The translations under genes were made by a program, and so were the position numbers. From the human T2T-CHM13v2.0 reference genome, Homo sapiens, in NCBI RefSeq assembly GCF_009914755.1, contig NC_060926.1: DNA of 64,000 bases; one strand, given 5' to 3'. Below, in pieces: positions 55,596 to 64,000 of this stretch; the stretch's first letter is position 1; the number at the start of each line of letters is the position of its first letter. The notes beneath the pieces are model-generated. The model ran no database searches. It worked only from the letters and a program-made list of their open reading frames with translations, and had not been told where the DNA came from.

Positions 55596-58121
55596 TTAGA
55601 CCTTAATTATTCTGTTTATAATGTAGCTATCCAATTAGGCCCATCAATTATAAACCTAAAAAGGAAAGCATGACAAAAATTTTTACCACCAAATGAAAAG
55701 GTATTTGTTTAAAAATTCCATACTTTAAAATATTAATGAAAGAGTAACAGACTCACAAACACATTGTGGAAAATGTGGAATGTATATTGGCACCATAGTC
55801 CAGGTGTGGGAATAGAAGCAGCAGATATCTGTGAGTCTAAAATTATTCACCTGGATAACAAGAGAGTGTTAAGACGAATCTTCTCTCTCTACTTCAGAGT
55901 CCAATTTTCTTTTGTTTATCCTTCACAGTTTTTTAATAAGTGAACAATAGCCTCCATATAGCCTGTAAAGATTTATGGTATTTAGGAAAGAGATTCTGTC
56001 TTCCCTAGGTCACACATGTGTCTTGAACCTGGTTTTGTAGCACAGGCCAGTAATAATTTAAAAAACAAAGAAAAAATTTAAAAAATAGTGTTTTCTGGAA
56101 CAAGTCACATTTCATTTTTGAAGGTATCAAGAGTGCTAACAAGACTCTGGACTTGTAACAGTCTGGACTCTTATGCAAGAAGCCTCAACCTTTATACACT
56201 CTTGCAGTGTAATCTTTTTCCCACTAATTGAGATGAGACACTAGTTACGAACAGATTTAGTTAACACTGCAGTTCTGTACCTTCTATCTGAACCTAATTA
56301 CTGTCCCACACCACCAAATGTTTGCTCATACCTCACCTTCAGTATTTCAGCTGCTGAAAAGTAAATCCCCAAACATTCCCTGATTAAGTTCTTGTTTCAT
56401 GCTTGTAAGTTAATATTGAGATGCTAAGCCAGAAGGTGGAGGCATTGTTAGTGACAACTAAAATTAAAAACAAAGTGAGAATTAGTTTGTTTCTATAGCT
56501 GTCAATGGGGGCTCTGAGGGAATGCCGGTGTGTAACTCCAGTTGCTGTAGTATGCTTAGAAGGATTGTATTCAGTCACTCACTTTCAATAAATACCAGAC
56601 ATTTGACATATAATGGGATTTCAGGCCATCCAACAGGTTGGGTCTCATGATTACTTTGTTTTATTTTTTGTTTCAGATATATTTTTATATACTTTCACAT
56701 AGTAGTTATATACTTTCACATAGTAGTTTTGCTTCTCTTAATTGTGAAAACAACTCACAAATGATATTACTTGACTTGTATTTTCTCAGCTGTATCTTTT
56801 AGTTGATTGTCTTTCATTTTGAATTTGGCAAATGAATTTTGAAATATGTCTCTAAACATTATACAAGGCCAAATAAATGGCAATGCATATTTTGCAAAGT
56901 AGTTCCCCGACTTATATTTTATGGACCAGCAAAATCACACAAAACAATGGAGACTGACATAGAGTTAACAATTTTCTATTTAATAAAAAGAGCATTGAAA
57001 ATATAATACCTCCTATTATACTTTCCTCATTTATCAATAGTTTAGGTTTTTGAAAAGTAAGAAAATAGACAAATAATAATGTCAATTTTTAAAAATTAGC
57101 TTAAAAATACAATACAATATCTTGCCTGTTTTTTTTTTTTTCAAGATGCACCCCTGAAAATGTTATTGACAGCCTAGAAATACTAAGAACCACTGTGGGA
57201 AAGAGAGAGAGTTAATTATCTGCTCAGTTGAGGAGAGGGGTACATGATGGGCATACTGAAGGAGTGATTTTCTGACTAAGCACACAGTCCTTTAGAGAAC
57301 ATGGGAAAAAGTAATACGCACAGGGACTAAGGCTACTAGAAATCTCAGTGCTACTCTTGACCCTAGCTAACTAGTGTGTGTAGGTCTGGCTAATAGCTCT
57401 ATCCTTTCCTCATCAATACTTGAAAGGGTTGTAAGTATTTCATTAACATGAATATTTTGAGGACTTCCTGCCCGTTTTATTATCATAACATCAGTAGGAA
57501 AACAAGACTCGTTTTAAAGAAATTTACTTTGCTGCACATGTTTACTAGTGTTCTGTCATGCAAGATGTATCAGAAGAGAAGATGGCATGTTTCTTATTGT
57601 GTATAGATTTTGGCATAAAAATTTACATAATCTGGTCAAAGTCTAAATGGACAGTGCAACATAAACTGCTGGTTAGCCTCAGTCTGGGCAGGCTCAGAGT
57701 AGCTGGACTTCCTGGACAGTTGCCCCCAAGCCAACATCATAGACCTTAAGCTGCTGTGTCAAGCTGGGTCTGACAGTGACGCCTTGCAGATGGCCTGCTG
57801 GATGAGTAATGCCTAGTATTTGCTGCTTTACTAATGATGCTCCAGGCTCTGCCATGAAGCGGGTGGACAACTGCTTTAGTGGCCAGGTGCAGAATTCATT
57901 GTGTTCATTTTGAACAAAGATCTTTTAGAGCTTCTGGAGGAGGAGTCCTTTTTCAGGGTATCAGAGAGAAGGCTGTGTAGTCTAAATTGTGATTTTGCCT
58001 GGGGTGGGAATTGGGTGGGTTGAGTGGCAACAAGGTGGACATCCTAAGTAGACAGAGCCGTGCAGGTGGACCTACATCATTACTTTACGTATACCAAGAT
58101 CAACTATCTTGGTATGTAGAC

Positions 58122-58300
58122 TGTGGTGGTTAATACTGAGTGTCAACTTGATTGGATTGAAGGATGCAAAGTATTGTTCCTGGGTGTGTCTGCGAGTGTG
58201 TTGCCAAAGGAGATTAACGTTTGAGTCAGTGGATTGGGAGAGGCAGGCCCACCCTCAATCTGGTTGGACACTGTTTAATCAGCTACCAACACAGCTTGAT
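58122..58300 (+). mobile_element. MLT2A LTR 5' fragment, abutting an L1
   Basis: TGTGGTGGTTAATACTGAGTGTCAACTTGATTGGATTGAAGGATGCAAAGTATTG... Confidence 0.9.
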
Positions 58301-60460
58301 AAATAGCATATACAAGAAGCCTAAAGATAATTTTATACTTGGGGAACAATTGAATGCCTTTCCCTGATATTGAAAACAAGGCAAAGGCTATCTGCCCTCA
58401 CCACTCTTATTCAATATGGTGCTAGAATTCCTATCCTGTGTAATAAGAAAAGGAGAAATAAACACCAAACAGATTAGAAAGGAAGAAGTAAAACTGTCCC
58501 TATTTGAAGATGACATGATTGTATACATAGAAAATCCTAAGGATTCAACCAAAAGCTACTATAACTAAGTGAATTTAACAAGCTTTTAGGATACAAAAAT
58601 GAATGCCCAAAATAAATTGTATTTCTACAGGCTAACAATGAATACATGGTCAGCAAAATTTAAAATCAATACAATATCATTTAAAATTTCTCAAAAAAGA
58701 TATATACTTAAGCACAAACATCAAACAATGTATACAGGACTTATATGCTGAAAACATGTTGCTGAAAAAATCAAAGAAGATCTAAATAAACAGACATACT
58801 GTGTTCATATGTTGGAAGACTCAACATAGTAAAGATATCTATTTTCACCAGATTGATACACAAGTTTAATGCAATTCCTACTAAAATGCCAACAAAATTC
58901 TTTGGTAGATATAGAGAACATTATTGTAAAATTTATATGGAACAGCAGAGAAACTAAAATAGCTAGCACAATTTTGAGAAAGAGAAATGGAAGAGGAGAA
59001 ATAGGTATACCTAATTTTAAAACTTATTATTATAACTACTGTATTCAAGATTGTGTGACGGTGGTGAGACAGGTACATAGATCAATAGAACACGATGGAG
59101 AGCCCATTATTAGATGAACACAAATATACTCAACTAATTTTTGACAAAGATGCAAAAGCAATTCAATAAAGATAGCCTTTTTCCCCAAAAGATGGTGTAA
59201 CAATTGGATATCCATAGGCAAAAAATAAATAAATAAATAAAACTTGACCTAAGTCTCACATCTTAAATTAAAAAAAAATGCATCATGGACTTAAATGTAA
59301 AACACAGAATTATGAAACATTTAGAAAAAATAATAGTAGAAAATCTTTGAGATCTGAAAGCATAATTCATAGAAGAAAAAATAGATTAATTGGACTTCAT
59401 CACAATTAAAAACTTTTGCTTTGTAAAAGATGCTATTAAAAATATGAAAAGAGGAGCTACAGACTTGGAGAAAATATTTGCAAACCATATATCTTCCAAG
59501 AGAGTAGTATTTAGAACATATAAAGAACTCTCAGAATTCAACAATAAAAAGCAAAGCAATGCAATTTTACTGAACAGACATTTTACTGAAGGGATATATT
59601 GGCAACCACACAACTTCAGTGATATTCAACCTAATTATCCATTAGAAAAACATAAACTAAAATGAGGAAATATAACTACATACCTATCAGAATGGCTAAA
59701 ATAAAAAAAATAGTGCTAATACCAAATGCTTGCAACAATTAGTAGAAAGTGGATCCCTTCTACATTGCTGGTGAAAATTTAAAATAGTATAGGCACTTTG
59801 GAAAATAGTTGGGCAGTTTTTTAAAGAAATGAAATATGCAGACATCATATAACCCAGTAATTGCACTTCTGGACATTTATATCAGAGAAATAAAAAACTT
59901 ACACCCACACAAAAACCTGTATGTAAGTGTTTATAGAATCTTTATTCACAATAACCAGATACTGGGACTAATCTAGGTGTCCTTTGGTGTATGAATGGCT
60001 AAAAAACCTGTAGTACATGGAATACTATTCAGCAATAAAAAGAACTGAACTATCGATACACATGACCACTGGATGAATTTCCAGGGAATTACACTGAGTG
60101 AAAAGAAAAGGCAATCTCCAAAAGTTACACGCTGTATGATTTTATTTATATATCATTGGCAAAATGACAAAATTATACAAATGGAGAACAGATTAGTGAT
60201 TGCCATAGTTTAAGAATGGGTGGGGAGCCTATGAAAGGAAACGTGTGATTCTTACAGTGATGGAAATGTCACCTTGGCTATATCAATGTCAATATTCTTG
60301 TCATGATCATGGTATCACATGATCACATGGTATCACATGGTATGGTTTTGCAAAGTGATACTATAAAAGATAACTGGGCAAAGGGAACATGGTGTCATTA
60401 TGTATTTTTCTTATAATTTCATATTATCTACAATTTTCTTAAAATCAAAAAACTTTTATT
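58301..60460 (+). mobile_element. 5'-truncated L1 (L1MC/L1MD-like), ORF2 remnant plus 3'UTR
   Basis: TATTTGAAGATGACATGATTGTATACATAGAAAATCC ([14 protein letters not shown] motif), downstream ORF2 sequence and an L1M 3'UTR. Confidence 0.9.
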
Positions 60461-60599
60461 TTTAAAAGTTATAGAAGCAAACTCAACTTCTTTATAAATC
60501 TTGTATAAGATTTTATTTAAAAGTTTAAAATGACTATTATTTACTAAATCTCCTAATATTTTTGATTTGCTCTTATCACAGGCAAATAACAAAGAAAAA

Positions 60600-61570
60600 T
60601 GATTCAATATTTTCACCAATATAGATTCCCTCCAGGTCTGTTTCCGTTTATCCCATTGTATGTTTCAAAGTAATTCACCTTGTCATCATAAGAGGGAAAC
60701 ATTCCGTACGAAAAAAATAGAATATTTAAAGTCACTTTTTTGCAACCTTCAATAAGATAATTACCTATGTAATATCTACATCAAAACTTACATGAATATA
60801 TTGATAAGGAATTTTGTAATGGTTGTGTCAGGCTGACAACACCTGGGTCCATTGATAATTTCAGTAAACATCAATTTCAAAAAGCCAGTTCAAATGGATA
60901 ATCAGATATTACGTAGATCCTGATGTAATACAACAAGGAACACATAGCAGCAGCCATGAAGTGTCTTTCCTCCACAAACACCTCCCAAATATACTACTCT
61001 GAATGAACTCAAAACTCTAACTCTGTCTACTAGTTTACAAGAAACCTAGAGGATGGAGACAGGTCAATGACAATATAGTGAAGAATAAGTGAAATTCAAC
61101 TTGAAAAAGGACCTAACTCATTCAACAAAAAAGGGTCAATTGTTAAAGGTTAAATAAAATTTAAGAAATGTATAAATCAAATCAAAGTGTGGATTTTGTT
61201 TGTATTCTGATTTGAGCACACCATCTAAGAAAAAGTTAGCGGAAATTTAAGTGTGGGCTGGACAATGATGATGTTAAGTATTTCCTTAATGATTTAGATG
61301 TTTGATGACATTGTGGTTATGCTTAAAATGGCCCTTACTTTTTAGAAATACATATTGAATCACTTATGGGTAAAATGATATGATGTCTGGAATTTGCTTT
61401 AAAACACTCCAGCTAAATAAAATTATTGATGACCAAAGTCGGAGAATAGAGATTTATGGAATAATATTGACTCATATTTGGGAATTGTTAAATTTGGACA
61501 ATGGCTATATATAAATTAGTATATCACCCTATTTACTTTAGCATTTGTTTGAAAAATTTTCACTAAAATA
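60600..61570 (+). mobile_element. Ancient L1 3'UTR (L1MC4/5- or L1ME-like)
   Basis: AAATGATATGATGTCTGGAATTTGCTTTAAAA...TTTGTTTGAAAAATTTTCA. Confidence 0.65.
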
Positions 61571-62954
61571 AACAATTTTTGCTAAGCGAAATCAAGTAGA
61601 GATTTCACAGATGATTGTCAGCTTTTCATATAGTATTTTGAAAGACCTCAAGCAATGTATTCTTGGATCATTATATTATTCAGACTCTAAATCAGATTGT
61701 ATCAATAACTGGAATTGAATGCCCCTCTATGTGTTCTAATAGTCTTTTATAATGGCATTACTCATTCAGTGGCCAAGATTTTAACATACTTTTAGATTTC
61801 TCACTGTAGCAGCCCTTGAGCACTCTAATGCATACCTACCCTGTGCAAGATCCTGCCTTAAGTTTAGTTTTTAGTTTTGTGTGTGTGTGGTTTTTTTTTT
61901 TTTTTGGGGGGTTTGGTTTAGGGGTAACACAGTTTAAGGTATTGCTACAAAGGTCCTTATGGTCAAAACATGATAAGTAAATGCAAGGGAGGAGAAACAT
62001 TCTTTGCTTTGGCTTTCTCCTTCCTGCCCCCCGCCTCGTTTTTCTCATTCATTCATTCATTCATTCATTATCTTTTCTTTATTTCTGTATTTATTCATTC
62101 CTCTTTTATTTTTACCTTTTTCTTAGGGATTCCCTTGCTATTAGTTGTATGATGTACTTTTGGAAGACGGTGGTTACTCACGAAAAATACCTTTTACACT
62201 TGAGAAAAACAAAACAATTTCTTTTAAGTACAGTACATTATCCTGCTGAGCTGTCATATGAGAACAGAAAAGTATTCTTGTTCAAACTCATGAAGTTGGA
62301 AAAAAAATGCAAATTAAGTGTGAAGCATAAATTGTTCTGAAAACAAACAAAAACAACAACATTAAAAAGAACAAAGTCATCAAGGGAAATTCAAATTCAG
62401 GACACAGCTGTGCACAACCTTACAAAGCAGAGAGTGGCAAAGCTCACATAAAGAAAGGAAAGATTACATTAAAAGAGAATGCTCAGTGAAACAAGACATG
62501 GGCTAAGTCTACTTTTATTTAGAGGAGATCATTGTAAGATATTTTAATTACTGCTTAGAAACACCTTTAAGGAACAATTTCCTTTTATATTAATAATGAA
62601 ATTAACTTTTGTTTCAATTTTGTTCGGTTTTCTTCATAGCAGTGGGACTTATAAAGTGAATAGGTTGTCATCAAATATGCTTAAGAGATCACTCGTTCAC
62701 TTGTTTACTAATTCAGTAATCTTTTATTGCTCCCCTCCTATGTGATGGGCATTCATGTTTCACAATTAGGAGGTACAGTCCTGAAGTTTCATGTACTTTA
62801 ACATCCTGCACAGGATACTCAATGTCAAATATAAACACAATGATTACAGTAAAATGTGTTGATGGAGGTATATCCAGAGTTCAAAGTGGCACACAAAAAG
62901 ACCCTTCAGTCATATTAGGGGCATAAAGGTTAAGTTGTGTGTGCGTGTGTGTTG

Positions 62955-63193
<239 letters not shown>

Positions 63194-63377
63194 TAATAGG
63201 GTGAGCAAGGGGAGGTTTCTGGCATTTCAAGCAAAGAGGCCCATGTGAGACACAGTGGTCTACAATAGTTTGAAGCAATCTAAAGCTACAGGTGGTTAAC
63301 TGATGGTGGAGCAGAGGGTATATCTTGACACCAGAGGGAGGTGCTAGAGACTTCTTCTGTGATGAACTCAAGATTTA

Positions 63378-63841
63378 CAATCCACCCTTGAACAACATGG
63401 GCTTGAACTGCCTGGGTTTACTTATATGCATATTTTTTCAATAAAAGTTACTCCAAGTGTGCCTGCCTCTCCTGCTTCCCCTCCAACCTCCTCCACCTCT
63501 GCCACCTCTGAGACAGCAAGACCAACCCTTCCTCTGCCTCCTCCTCCTCAGCCTGCTCAACGTGAAGATGACGGGGATGAAGACCTTTATGATCCACTTC
63601 CACTTAATGAAGAGTAAAAATATTTTCTTACTAACATTTTCTTTTCTCTAGTTTACATTGTTGTAAGAATATAGTATATAATACATATAACCTAAAAATA
63701 TGTGTTAACCGTTTATGTTATCAGTAAGGCTTCTGGTCAACTATAGGCTATCAGTGGCTAAGTTTTGGGGGAGTCCAAAGTTATACATAGATTTTGGGCT
63801 GTTTGGTGTCCCTAACCACTGCATTGTTCAAGGTTCAACTG
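63378..63841. mobile_element. Tigger2a (MER28) non-autonomous TcMar DNA transposon
   Basis: Terminal inverted repeats CAATCCACCCTTGAACAAC / ATTGTTCAAGGTTCAACTG, TA at the left flank, internal CCTCCTCCTCAGCCTGCTCAACGTGAAGATGAC. Confidence 0.88.
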
Positions 63842-64000
63842 CACAATATAAAGAATGAGAATGAATTGAAGGATGTTACAATGGGAAAGATGGCATGATC
63901 AGATCTGCATTTCAGAACGATATCCCTGGTATCATGCAGAATGGTGAGTGGGCCTTAAAGTGCCAAACAGATGCTAAGGAAATCAGTGAAGATGTTATTT

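Noticed and set aside
63426-63651. Pro/Ser-rich ORFs with an acidic tail
   Set aside because: They lie inside Tigger2a consensus sequence.

Overview
AT-rich, CpG-depleted primate (probably human) non-coding DNA, either intergenic or deep intronic. I found no credible host protein-coding exon, RNA gene or CRISPR-like system, and I could not identify the locus. The ORF track is explained by chance, microsatellites or decayed transposons. Much of the window is transposon fossils: Alus, L1 and L2 LINEs, MIRs, MaLR LTRs (MLT1A plus internal sequence, MST, THE1), two class III (ERV-L) proviral remnants and DNA transposons (MER20, MER5, Tigger2a). The most unusual structure is a set of local template-copy scars. 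(1) A ~450-bp inverted copy of an L1 5' junction plus its unique flank sits inside a MER20 2.6 kb upstream. (2) A 70-bp copy of flanking DNA fills the deletion junction of a HERV-L provirus. (3) A 59-bp direct copy lies 1340 bp from its partner. Two repeat-poor, CpG-retaining segments (~39.4-40.3 kb and ~42.0-43.2 kb) are candidate regulatory elements. Repeat subfamily names come from my recall of consensus sequences, and most boundaries are approximate. I see no evidence of a new protein-based system.
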